The position numbers were made by a program, and so were the translations under genes. Positions 8,300-17,782 of a stretch of DNA of 24,000 nucleotides are shown here, piece after piece. Where the stretch lies: the NCBI GenBank assembly GCA_963782385.1, contig CAWAJO010000001.1, forward strand, positions 1,439,528-1,463,527, written 5' to 3'. The notes below the pieces were generated by a model. The model was given only the letters and a program-made list of their open reading frames with translations, ran no database searches and had not been told where the DNA came from. Each line of letters begins with the position of its first letter. The stretch's first letter is position 1. Source of the stretch: an uncultured beta proteobacterium (GTDB taxonomy: Bacteria > Pseudomonadota > Gammaproteobacteria > Burkholderiales > Gallionellaceae).

Positions 8300-8331
8300 A
8301 GTTGATCAATCGATCCGGAATTTGATCAACT
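8300..8331. terminator. 10-bp stem hairpin between convergent genes (aGTTGATCAA-N12-TTGATCAACt)
   Basis: Perfect inverted repeat located between the DoxX stop (8276) and the stop of the 116-codon gene (8348). The stem is AT-rich and there is no strong U-tract. Confidence 0.35.
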
Positions 8332-8347
8332 GGACGCCGTGTCGGAC

Positions 8348-8698
8348 TCACTTCTCCGATAACTGCGCCTGCAGTTCCTTGTCCAGCGCCAATAGTATTC
8401 GCGGCAGCTGCAGCCATGAATGGTGGTGGTACAGGTGCACGGTACAACCGACCGGCGCGTCCAGCGCGCTGCGGCTGGTATCGAAACCATCCCATGCGAT
8501 CAGCGGGAGCGATATCTGCAGGCAGTGGTAGCCGGTCCAGCAACTCTTTTCCAGCACCAGGTCAATTCCCAGATATTCCAGCTCCAGTTCCAGCGGGTTG
8601 CCGATGCGCAGCAATGCAAGCCTGGCGTGGTTATACAGCGCAGCATCCAGTGAATAGGGGATGCTGCGGATCGGCGGCAAGTCGCGCACCCGATTCAA
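8348..8698 (-). CDS. hypothetical protein, 116 aa, last gene of the cbbLSX transcription unit
   Basis: TTG start at 8698 follows AGGAGG (revcomp of 8705-8710) with 6 nt spacing, 49 nt after the cbbX stop. Codon usage is GC3-rich and CTG-rich like its neighbours. No family recognised; it contains HLYHHHSW. Confidence 0.7.
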   Translation of the reverse strand: MNRVRDLPPIRSIPYSLDAALYNHARLALLRIGNPLELELEYLGIDLVLEKSCWTGYHCLQISLPLIAWDGFDTSRSALDAPVGCTVHLYHHHSWLQLPRILLALDKELQAQLSEK

Positions 8699-8747
8699 TG
8701 GCGCCCTCCTGCTGACGTTGAACGTTTCATGCCTTTCCGGGGTGCGC

Positions 8748-9665
8748 TCATTTCTTGTCTGGTTCGTCGAACACCCGGCTGCCCATGATGTCTTCAGCCT
8801 CGATCGTTATCAGGTCGGTGCGCGTCAGTTTCCTGCCGCTGGCGGCAAACAGGCGGTTGGCCTGGCGCAGGCGCGAACGGTCCAGCGCATTGCGTATCGA
8901 GCGTGCATTGGCAAAATGGGCTTGCTGCATGCGCAGCGGGATGTATTCGGCAAAGGCGTTCTCGCCTTCCGGGCTGAAACGATAGTTTTGCTGGGCCAGC
9001 ATCAGCTTGGCGATCGCGAGCAATTCATCCGCGCTGTAATCGGGGAAATCCACATGGTGAGCGATGCGCGAGCGCATGCCGGGATTGCTGTTGAAAAATT
9101 TGTCCATGCGATCCTTGTATCCGGCCAGGATCACGACCAGATCGTCGCGGTTGTTCTCCATCACCTGCAGCAATATCTCGATCGATTCCGCGCCGTAGTC
9201 GCGCTCGTTCTCCGGTTTGTACAGGTAATAGGCTTCGTCGATGAACAGCACGCCGCCCATGGCTTTCTTGATGACTTCCCGGGTCTTGGGCGCGGTATGC
9301 CCGATGTATTGGCCCACCAGGTCGTCGCGCGTGACGGAGACCAGGTGGCCCTCGCGCGCATAACCCAGGCGGTGCAATATCTCCGCCATGCGCAGGGCGA
9401 CGGTGGTTTTCCCGGTACCGGGATTGCCGGTGAAATTCATGTGCAGCGTGGGCGTCTCCGAACTCAGCTCGAACTTCTTGCGCAGCCGATCCACCAGCAG
9501 CAGGGCCGCGATCTCGCGGATGCGCGTCTTGACCGGTTTGAGGCCGATCAGCTCGCGGTCGAGCTTGTCCAGCACCTCCTGCACGTTCGAGGCTTTCAGC
9601 TCTGCTTCCAGGTCTACCGGGGTATCGTCCGGCAGGGTCGGTTCATCTTGCTTTGCTTCAGTCAT
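8748..9665 (-). CDS. cbbX: CbbX, red-type RuBisCO activase (AAA+ ATPase)
   Basis: Walker A is [11 protein letters not shown] and Walker B is VLFIDEAY. The length and the position immediately after cbbS match the CbbX family. GGAG lies 6 nt upstream of the ATG. Confidence 0.95.
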   Translation of the reverse strand: MTEAKQDEPTLPDDTPVDLEAELKASNVQEVLDKLDRELIGLKPVKTRIREIAALLLVDRLRKKFELSSETPTLHMNFTGNPGTGKTTVALRMAEILHRLGYAREGHLVSVTRDDLVGQYIGHTAPKTREVIKKAMGGVLFIDEAYYLYKPENERDYGAESIEILLQVMENNRDDLVVILAGYKDRMDKFFNSNPGMRSRIAHHVDFPDYSADELLAIAKLMLAQQNYRFSPEGENAFAEYIPLRMQQAHFANARSIRNALDRSRLRQANRLFAASGRKLTRTDLITIEAEDIMGSRVFDEPDKK

Positions 9666-9735
9666 TCACAACTCCGATAGTTGGTGAAACGGCGGGCCGC
9701 CGATGGAGGCCCGCCATCGTTATTGCTCGCCTGCG

Positions 9736-10170
9736 TCAGTAGCGCTCGCCTTCCGGCTTGTCGGTGGCATAGGAGTGGATGGTGTAATGGATGCTGCGTC
9801 CATTCACTTCCTGTCGCGACAGGCCGAATCCCGGCTCATGCTTGGGACGATTGACGAGGTAGGACATGGTCGGACTTTCCACACCGCGGCTCGAGTTGAA
9901 TGCCGTGACGCGGATGTAATGATTGGGGAAGGTCTTTCTGCAGTTGTTGATCTCCATCATGATCCCGGCGGGATCCTTGAGGTCGAACATCGGCATGCCG
10001 AACATTTCCCAATAGGTGTTGCGAGGGTGCGGATCGTCGGTGTATTCGACGCTAACCGCCCAGCCGTTGTTCAGCGCGTATTTGATCTGCGCGGAGATCT
10101 GCTGGTCGGTCAGGTCGGGCAGGAATGAAAATTGTCCCTGCGTGACGCGATTGCCCGGATTGGTCATCAT
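9736..10170 (-). CDS. cbbS: ribulose-1,5-bisphosphate carboxylase/oxygenase small subunit
   Basis: …[54 protein letters not shown]… is a typical red-type small subunit. AGGAG lies upstream. The gene starts 15 nt after the cbbL stop. Confidence 0.95.
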   Translation of the reverse strand: MMTNPGNRVTQGQFSFLPDLTDQQISAQIKYALNNGWAVSVEYTDDPHPRNTYWEMFGMPMFDLKDPAGIMMEINNCRKTFPNHYIRVTAFNSSRGVESPTMSYLVNRPKHEPGFGLSRQEVNGRSIHYTIHSYATDKPEGERY

Positions 10171-10185
10171 GATATTTTCTCCTAA

Positions 10186-11673
<1,488 letters not shown>

Positions 11674-11755
11674 TTATTGAATACCCGCACTGGGCCTGGC
11701 TGACATTCGCGCGCTGCAGGATGCGAAGTCAGTTCAGGAATTCATGTCAGCGCGT

Positions 11756-11764
11756 TGCTATAAT
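11756..11764 (+). promoter_or_regulatory. extended -10 promoter element TGcTATAAT, candidate cbbR promoter
   Basis: Exact TGnTATAAT match about 86 nt upstream of the cbbR ATG. No good -35 is present, which an extended -10 element tolerates. Confidence 0.4.
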
Positions 11765-11771
11765 CATGCAA

Positions 11772-11829
11772 AGAAACAACCATAAATAACAGTCAATTGT
11801 TTCTATATCTATGATAGATTATTATCTAT
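11772..11829. promoter_or_regulatory. nested inverted repeats in the cbbR-cbbL control region; candidate CbbR (LysR-type) binding sites
   Basis: AGAAACAA (11772-11779) / TTGTTTCT (11797-11804) are 8-bp arms with a 17-nt spacer. They are followed by ATCTAT-g-ATAGAT-tatt-ATCTAT (11807-11829), which forms two overlapping palindromes. Confidence 0.45.
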
Positions 11830-11849
11830 AGTATTCGGAGGGACTTGTT

Positions 11850-12773
11850 ATGCGCCACAGCACCTTGCGCCAGCTTGAATTATTCGAGGCCATTGCCCGC
11901 CTCGGCAGCTTTACGCGCGCTGCCGAGGAGCTGTTCCTGACCCAGCCCACAGTGTCCATGCAGATCAAGAAATTGTCCGAAACGGTGGGGATGCCGCTGT
12001 TCGAGCAGGTCGGCAAGAAAATCTATCTCACCGATATCGGGCATGAGCTGCATCGAACCTGCCGCGGAATATCCGAGCACCTGTCCAATTTCGAAATGAT
12101 CGCGGCAGACATGAAAGGGCTCAAGCAGGGCAAGCTCAGGCTTGCCGTCGTGACCACCGCCAAATATTTTGCGCCACGCCTGCTGGGCACGTTTTGCCAG
12201 CAGTATCCGGGCGTAGACGTGTCGCTGATCGTGTCCAACCGGGAGCGCGTACTGGAACGTCTGTCGAATAATCTGGATGACCTGTACATTCTGGGTCAAC
12301 CGCCGGCGGACGCAGATGTCGTGGCGGAGGCCTTCCTGGAAAACCTGCTGGTGGTGATCGCGCCGGCGAATCATGCGCTCGCAAAGAAGAAAAGAATACC
12401 GCTGGAGCGGCTGTCGAGGGAACCATTCCTGCTGCGCGAGCCGGGGTCGGGGACGCGCATGGCGACCGAACGCCTGTTCGAGGAACGCGGGTTCAAGCTT
12501 AAAATGCGCATGGAGCTGGGCAGCAATGAAGCGATCAAGCAAGCAGTGATCGGCGGTCTGGGTATATCGGTCCTGTCGCGTCATACCCTTGAGCTGGATA
12601 CGCCAACCAAACAGTTCGTGGTGCTGGATGTGCAGGGGTTTCCGATCAAGCGCCACTGGTATTTCGCTTATCCCGCCGGCAAACAATTGTCCGTCATCGC
12701 CCGCACGTTCGCCGATCATCTGCGGCATGCGAGCCAGGCCAGGCAGCAGAAGACAATCAAACACGCTGCTTGA
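11850..12773 (+). CDS. cbbR: LysR-family transcriptional regulator CbbR
   Basis: The LysR helix-turn-helix is MRHSTLRQLELFEAIARLGSFTRAAEELFLTQPTVSMQIKKLSE. The gene is divergent from cbbL with a 188-nt intergenic region. GGAGGG lies upstream of the ATG. Confidence 0.92.
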   Translation: MRHSTLRQLELFEAIARLGSFTRAAEELFLTQPTVSMQIKKLSETVGMPLFEQVGKKIYLTDIGHELHRTCRGISEHLSNFEMIAADMKGLKQGKLRLAVVTTAKYFAPRLLGTFCQQYPGVDVSLIVSNRERVLERLSNNLDDLYILGQPPADADVVAEAFLENLLVVIAPANHALAKKKRIPLERLSREPFLLREPGSGTRMATERLFEERGFKLKMRMELGSNEAIKQAVIGGLGISVLSRHTLELDTPTKQFVVLDVQGFPIKRHWYFAYPAGKQLSVIARTFADHLRHASQARQQKTIKHAA

Positions 12774-12931
12774 CCGCGTAACATACCAGCCTCCCGTATA
12801 TCGGGGCTATCCCGAAATATTTAGATCGACAGCGCCAGCGGGCGGATGCACGAGAGTCATGCAAAGTATTGCTCCGTGTTCGAATTGGCCGGCGCCGGGA
12901 GAACCGCAAACAACAGAGGGGAGGCAGCGCG

Positions 12932-13813
12932 ATGCAAACAGGATTTATCGGACTCGGGCGCATGGGTGCGGGCATGGCTGCCCGCCTTTGCGCGGCAGGT
13001 TATGACCTCACGGTCTTCAATCGTTCGGCGCAGCGCATGCAGCCGCTGATCGAGCAGGGAGCAAAGGCGGCGAAGGATGTTGCCGCGGTGTGCGCTGCGG
13101 ATGTCGTGTTCACCATGTTGTCGGACGATGCGGCGCTGGAGGACGTGGTGCTGGGCTCCGGCGGAATAGTCCAACATCTGGAGCCCGGCGCCATCCATAT
13201 ATCGTGCAGCACCGTGAGCGTCGCATTGTCGGCGCGCCTTTCGCGCGAGCACGAGCAAAGGCAGCAGGGCTATATTGCCGCGCCGGTATTTGGCAGGCCG
13301 GACGCTGCCGCTGCCGGCAAGCTTTACCTGGTCGCGGCAGGCAAGACGCAGCTGATCGAAAAAGTCCAGCCGATGCTCGATGCTCTCGGCCAGCGTACGT
13401 TTATTGTGGCGGATGCGCCCGAAAAGGCCAACCTGGTCAAGTTGAGCGGCAATTTCATGCTTGCCACGGTATTGGAGTCGCTGGGGGAAGCGATGGCGCT
13501 GGTGGAAAAAGGCGGGGTGGACCGGCACCAGTACCTGGAGCTGATAACCTCGTCTTTCTTCAACGTACCCGTGTACAGGAATTATGGCGCCATGATTGCC
13601 GACCGGAATTTCGATCCCGCCGGATTTGCCGCCCATCTGGGACAGAAAGACATGCGGCTGGCGCTGGCGGCGGCAGAAGAACTGAACGTGGCGCTTCCTT
13701 TCGCCAGCATAATTCGTGATCGTTTTCTCGACCTCGCGGCGCACGGCCGCGACCACCTCGACTGGTCGGCCATCGGCGCCCTCGCGGCACAGGATGCGGC
13801 GCTGATTGCTTGA
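12932..13813 (+). CDS. NAD(P)-dependent beta-hydroxyacid dehydrogenase (3-hydroxyisobutyrate / tartronate-semialdehyde reductase family)
   Basis: The N-terminal Rossmann motif is MQTGFIGLGRMGAGMAARL. …KLSGNFML… and …GQKDMRLA… are typical of the family. GGGGAGG lies upstream of the ATG at 12932; the track start at 12869 was trimmed. Confidence 0.85.
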   Translation: MQTGFIGLGRMGAGMAARLCAAGYDLTVFNRSAQRMQPLIEQGAKAAKDVAAVCAADVVFTMLSDDAALEDVVLGSGGIVQHLEPGAIHISCSTVSVALSARLSREHEQRQQGYIAAPVFGRPDAAAAGKLYLVAAGKTQLIEKVQPMLDALGQRTFIVADAPEKANLVKLSGNFMLATVLESLGEAMALVEKGGVDRHQYLELITSSFFNVPVYRNYGAMIADRNFDPAGFAAHLGQKDMRLALAAAEELNVALPFASIIRDRFLDLAAHGRDHLDWSAIGALAAQDAALIA

Positions 13814-14007
13814 AATCCGACGCCGCCCAACAGATGCAATGCGGCCATTTCGGCTGCCCACGGAAGGAATGGTCTTTTCGCCAACAATTCGCCGGGCATT
13901 TCGGGGTACACTTCAACCAAGAATGAAGTCGACTGTGGGTGATGCACATCGAGTCCAAACCGACGCGATGATTTCGATTCAACATTGGCCAAAGCAAGGG
14001 GGAGAAA

Positions 14008-14523
14008 ATGCGTAATCTTATGAGATTGTCAGCAATCGCAGTATTGGCCGCTATGTCTATGGTGGTGCTGGCGCAACCGTCCCCGGATTTCAATGTCAGC
14101 TGGGGGCTGGTGGCCGTTCCGGTCAGCCCGTGGGTGAATGTCGCTATCGGATTGATACTGCTTGCTGCGACTTATGCTTTCATCCGGCGCCATGCGGGGC
14201 GGGGCCTCTTCATGCTGGCCACGGCTGCACTGGTGGGGATATTGTCGTTTCATACCGAGAATATGGCCAATGCTATTGATCCTGCTTATCATTCCATTAC
14301 CACGCCAAGCGGCTCGGAACCTTTTTACTGCTCATCCCCATCATATCAAGGCTATCAAAATGATACGGGCAGACTCCTCAACCTGAGGGTGACGCCTATT
14401 GCGATCCCAACTGTCTTTACACCTTCCGGCATCGCATCACCTTCTGTCATCACGCCAATTTGTCAGATAGGCAATCAACAATTAGCGCCTGGCGGTCAAT
14501 GCCTGATGCCTTGCGCGAGTTAG
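14008..14523 (+). CDS. secreted/membrane protein with an internal exosortase-type (IPTL/PEP-CTERM-like) sorting segment
   Basis: GGGGGAG lies 3-4 nt upstream of the ATG. The signal peptide is MRNLMRLSAIAVLAAMSMVVLA|QP. It is followed by VPVSPW + hydrophobic helix + RRH (aa 37-62, nt 14116-14193), a second helix, and a roughly 90-aa Cys-containing tail. Confidence 0.65.
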   Translation: MRNLMRLSAIAVLAAMSMVVLAQPSPDFNVSWGLVAVPVSPWVNVAIGLILLAATYAFIRRHAGRGLFMLATAALVGILSFHTENMANAIDPAYHSITTPSGSEPFYCSSPSYQGYQNDTGRLLNLRVTPIAIPTVFTPSGIASPSVITPICQIGNQQLAPGGQCLMPCAS

Positions 14524-14561
14524 CATCAAATAGCAGCAAATAGAGGACCAGCGTCGATATT

Positions 14562-14960
14562 CTATCTGGGTCCGCCGCGGCGCTCCTCCCTGCGCTCGAT
14601 CCTTCTTTCGACTCGATGTCTCCTCAACTCGCGATGACGGCGGACATAGACATCGGTGTACCATCTGTCACGAACGAAAAAGACCGGTCGCCAGCAGGCA
14701 TCGTATTCGTGGCAATGCTTTCTCCAGTTCTTTGCATAACCAGGCGGCACATGCAGATAGATCGGCGGGGGAGGAACCGGAGTAAGCCGTTGCTGGATGA
14801 TGACCGGTTTCCTGTATATGAGTTCCGGCGATGGGTAACCGCCGATGTCGAGCTGGCCGTAAAACCCCGGCTCTCCAACACTGATCGAAACGCCGACATC
14901 CGCGCTGGCCACCGGTGCCACAACAACCGCCAGGATGACGCTAAACAGAAGATGTCTCAT
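14562..14960 (-). CDS. hypothetical secreted protein with an Arg/Glu-rich C-terminal tail
   Basis: AGGAG lies 8 nt upstream of the ATG at 14960. The signal peptide is MRHLLFSVILAVVVAPVASA|D. A conserved-looking core reads …PPGYAKNWRKHCHEYDACWRPVFFVRDRWY…. The tail is RRHRELRRHRVERRIERREERR. Confidence 0.65.
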   Translation of the reverse strand: MRHLLFSVILAVVVAPVASADVGVSISVGEPGFYGQLDIGGYPSPELIYRKPVIIQQRLTPVPPPPIYLHVPPGYAKNWRKHCHEYDACWRPVFFVRDRWYTDVYVRRHRELRRHRVERRIERREERRGGPR

Positions 14961-15098
14961 GGTGGGCACTCCTTTCAACGGGAATCGTCCGGTCATTCTA
15001 GTAAAGCCCGTGGCAATTGACCAGTGCCGCGAACGATACAGGAGAAAAACAAGAGTGGAGAATGACAGCAGCCAGGTCGAGTCGACCGCCTCAACTGC

Positions 15099-15971
15099 AT
15101 GGGAAAACGTTCGATGTCGTATGCACGAGTAACTGTCCTGACGTCGCTGGCCATGATCGCGTTTGCGGGCAATTCACTGTTGTGCCGCGCCGCGCTCAAG
15201 CACACCAGCATCGATGCCGCCAGCTTTGCCACGATTCGGTTGATTTCCGGAGCGATGATGCTTTGGCTGGTCGTGCGAATGGGTCGCGGCACACAAGTCG
15301 GCACGGGCAACTGGCTGTCTGCCTTTGCATTGTTTGCTTATGCGGCGGGCTTTTCATTTGCCTATATCAGCCTGCCTGCGGCAACCGGAGCACTCCTGCT
15401 GTTTGGGGCGGTCCAGGCGACGATGATCGGCCACGGCATTTGGGCAGGAGAACGTCTGCTGATACTGCAGTGGGTCGGTCTGCTGCTCGCTGTCGCAGGG
15501 CTGGTTGGTCTGTTGCTGCCGGGTCTTTCCGCTCCGCCCGTGTTCGGTTCCCTGTTGATGCTGGGTGCCGGGGTTGCCTGGGGCGTCTATTCGTTGCGCG
15601 GGAAAGGTGCGGGCGATCCCACCCGGGTAACGGCGGGAAATTTCCTGCGCGCCGTTCCCGTCACGGCAGCATTGAGCCTGTTGATGCATGACAGCGCCTC
15701 GCTGGACAGCGCCGGATTCTTGTACGCGGTGTCGTCCGGAGCACTGGCGTCCGGAATCGGCTACGCCATCTGGTACACGGCATTGCCTGCGTTGAAAGCC
15801 GCGAAGGCGGCGACAGTGCAGCTCAGCGTGCCGGTCATTGCGGCACTGGGAGGCATCGCATTCCTGGGTGAACCCCTGACACTGCGCCTGTTATTGTCGT
15901 CCATCGCCATACTCGGCGGTATCGCCCTGGTGATCGTGGAGAAGCAACGCGGGAATGGCGCCCAATCATGA
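15099..15971 (+). CDS. DMT superfamily (EamA-type) transporter
   Basis: Ten hydrophobic segments are arranged as two EamA-like halves (…AFAGNSLLCRAAL… and …ALASGIGYAIWYTALP…). The start could instead be the ATG at 15114. Confidence 0.85.
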   Translation: MGKRSMSYARVTVLTSLAMIAFAGNSLLCRAALKHTSIDAASFATIRLISGAMMLWLVVRMGRGTQVGTGNWLSAFALFAYAAGFSFAYISLPAATGALLLFGAVQATMIGHGIWAGERLLILQWVGLLLAVAGLVGLLLPGLSAPPVFGSLLMLGAGVAWGVYSLRGKGAGDPTRVTAGNFLRAVPVTAALSLLMHDSASLDSAGFLYAVSSGALASGIGYAIWYTALPALKAAKAATVQLSVPVIAALGGIAFLGEPLTLRLLLSSIAILGGIALVIVEKQRGNGAQS

Positions 15972-16360
15972 AAGTGACCCGGCCGAAATCGAAATACGGA
16001 CGGGTCGCCTGAGTGCTCGCAATCGAAAGATTTTTGCTGGCATGCGAGAACTGACCGCGTTTGCGAACATCATAGGGTTGTTGGTTGATGCAATTGAGTG
16101 TGCTGGCCGGCGGACTCGGCATCCCCGCAAACAGGCTGGCGTGACCATCATCGTAGCCATGCCGGACTGATGATTATTTTCAGGCAGTTGCCGCGCGCGT
16201 TTGCGCTTCGTCGTTGCGGAAATGTCGATGGGCAACCTGGCGGGGGTCGGCGCGACGTGACATTGCATATCTGGCTTGCGCTCCTGCGTGTCAAAGGTAT
16301 CCATTGCCGCATCCGATGCTTGTTGTACATGTACCGAACCACAAATTCAGGGGAGGCAAC

Positions 16361-17125
16361 ATGAAAGTCAAGATCAATGTTCTGGCTCTCCTATTCGGGC
16401 TGGGTTTGCTGGCGAACGCCGCCCGCGCGGAGACTCCTCGCGAACCGCAGCATTCAGAGGCGATGCAGACCCTCAAGGTGTCCTCGCTGGACAGCGCTGC
16501 GGCACCCGAGCCCGCGCTGCTCGAGACAGGATCTCCGGGTCCCGAGACAAGTCCGGAAGATACGGCTCTAAATCATCTTCCGGAGATGGTGCGCATACCC
16601 GGCAAGAACTTCGAGATGGGCAAATACGAAGTGACACAGGCCGAATGGCGAGCCGTGATGGGCAGCGACCCAAGCTATTTCAGCCAGTGCGGCGACAACT
16701 GCCCGGTGGAGTCCGTGAGCTGGGAAGAAATAGACGAATACATCCGGAAGCTCAACGCCATCACAGGCAGGCAATATCGCCTGCCGACCGAAGCTGAATG
16801 GATATACGCCTGCTATGCCGGCAGCGAGACCGAGTTCTGTGGCGGCGATGACCTGGCTGCGCTGGGATGGTTTGCCGGCAACAGCGATGACCGAACCCAT
16901 GCGGTTGGCCAGAAGAAGCCCAATGCCTACGGTTTGTATGACATGAGCGGCAACGTATGGGAATGCATGAGCGATTGTTATGATGACAGCTGTAGAAAGC
17001 GCGTTCTTCGCGGCGGCTCCTGGAGCGAATTTATGGCCAGAGCACGGGCACCGGTCCGCTACAGTTTCGGAGAGGAAATTCAATACATCGATATCGGTTT
17101 TCGTCTTGCCAGGACGCTTCCGTAA
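16361..17125 (+). CDS. secreted formylglycine-generating-enzyme (FGE/SUMF1) family domain protein
   Basis: GGGAGG lies upstream of the ATG at 16361. The signal peptide is MKVKINVLALLFGLGLLANAARA|E. Family motifs are MVRIPGKNFEMG, EVTQAEW, RLPTEAEWIYAC, YGLYDMSGNVWEC, LRGGSW and GFRLAR. Confidence 0.85.
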   Translation: MKVKINVLALLFGLGLLANAARAETPREPQHSEAMQTLKVSSLDSAAAPEPALLETGSPGPETSPEDTALNHLPEMVRIPGKNFEMGKYEVTQAEWRAVMGSDPSYFSQCGDNCPVESVSWEEIDEYIRKLNAITGRQYRLPTEAEWIYACYAGSETEFCGGDDLAALGWFAGNSDDRTHAVGQKKPNAYGLYDMSGNVWECMSDCYDDSCRKRVLRGGSWSEFMARARAPVRYSFGEEIQYIDIGFRLARTLP

Positions 17126-17349
17126 TTCATGAAAGGCAATATACCTGGGGTCAATTCACGCAGTCGCCATTCTTATTCTGCCGGAATCTGATGAACGCAG
17201 TAAGCCGCACCATTCTGTACTACCATGCACATGCAGCTAGCATATTTGTGAAGCCATGAACGAATCAAGTGCTCATGCTGAACCGGATGCATCGCGATTT
17301 TCAACAGTGCTGACCTGTAGGTCTGCCTCATGATTGCAAGGAGTCAACC

Positions 17350-17691
17350 ATGCCTGCCTGGCTCATTCCCGCGCTAAAGTCCGTGCTGCCGCACGTCGGT
17401 ACTATCGTATCCGCGGCGGCGCCTGTATTTACCAGAAAAAGTGCCGATGCTGCGGCCAATCAGACGTTGTTGCTGCAACAGCAGATAACCGAACTCCAGG
17501 CGGCGGCATTCGAGAACGATGCACATATCAAGGAGCTGGCAATTCAATTGCAGAATACCGTGCAGGCGTTGGAGAAGGAGACCTCGATTGCGGAACAAAG
17601 ACATCGGCGGATCCTTGTTCTGTCCGTCTCGGCCGTGATCATATCCGTATTTTCTCTGGGCACGGTGCTGGCCACGGTGCTTGCGAGATGA
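17350..17691 (+). CDS. hypothetical tail-anchored coiled-coil protein (113 aa)
   Basis: A strong AAGGAG lies 6 nt upstream of the ATG. The central region has heptad-like LLLQQQITELQAAAFENDAHIKELAIQLQNTVQALEKE. The C-terminal hydrophobic helix is ILVLSVSAVIISVFSLGTVLATVL. Confidence 0.7.
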   Translation: MPAWLIPALKSVLPHVGTIVSAAAPVFTRKSADAAANQTLLLQQQITELQAAAFENDAHIKELAIQLQNTVQALEKETSIAEQRHRRILVLSVSAVIISVFSLGTVLATVLAR

Positions 17692-17782
17692 TTGCGTCTT
17701 TAGCCGCTGCAAATGCACCCGCTGCGGCTTGTTTCAGCCTTGGTCAGCGCGCGTTCGCCGCGCGACAGTGCATTGTTTGGTC

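Noticed and set aside
8661-9680. 339-aa plus-strand ORF covering cbbX
   Set aside because: It is an antisense shadow ORF of a confidently identified gene in GC-rich DNA. The composition is Arg/Gly/Ala/Val-rich, it has no recognisable motifs, and no SD site is present.
11880-13861. 294-aa and 334-aa minus-strand ORFs antisense to cbbR and the dehydrogenase gene
   Set aside because: These are shadow ORFs opposite well-supported genes. They show no family resemblance and have atypical amino-acid composition.
15966-16304. 112-aa minus-strand ORF in the DMT-FGE intergenic gap
   Set aside because: Its second half uses rare A-ending codons while a different frame looks more coding-like. No SD site is present. 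It is treated as a possible remnant (see finding), not as a gene.
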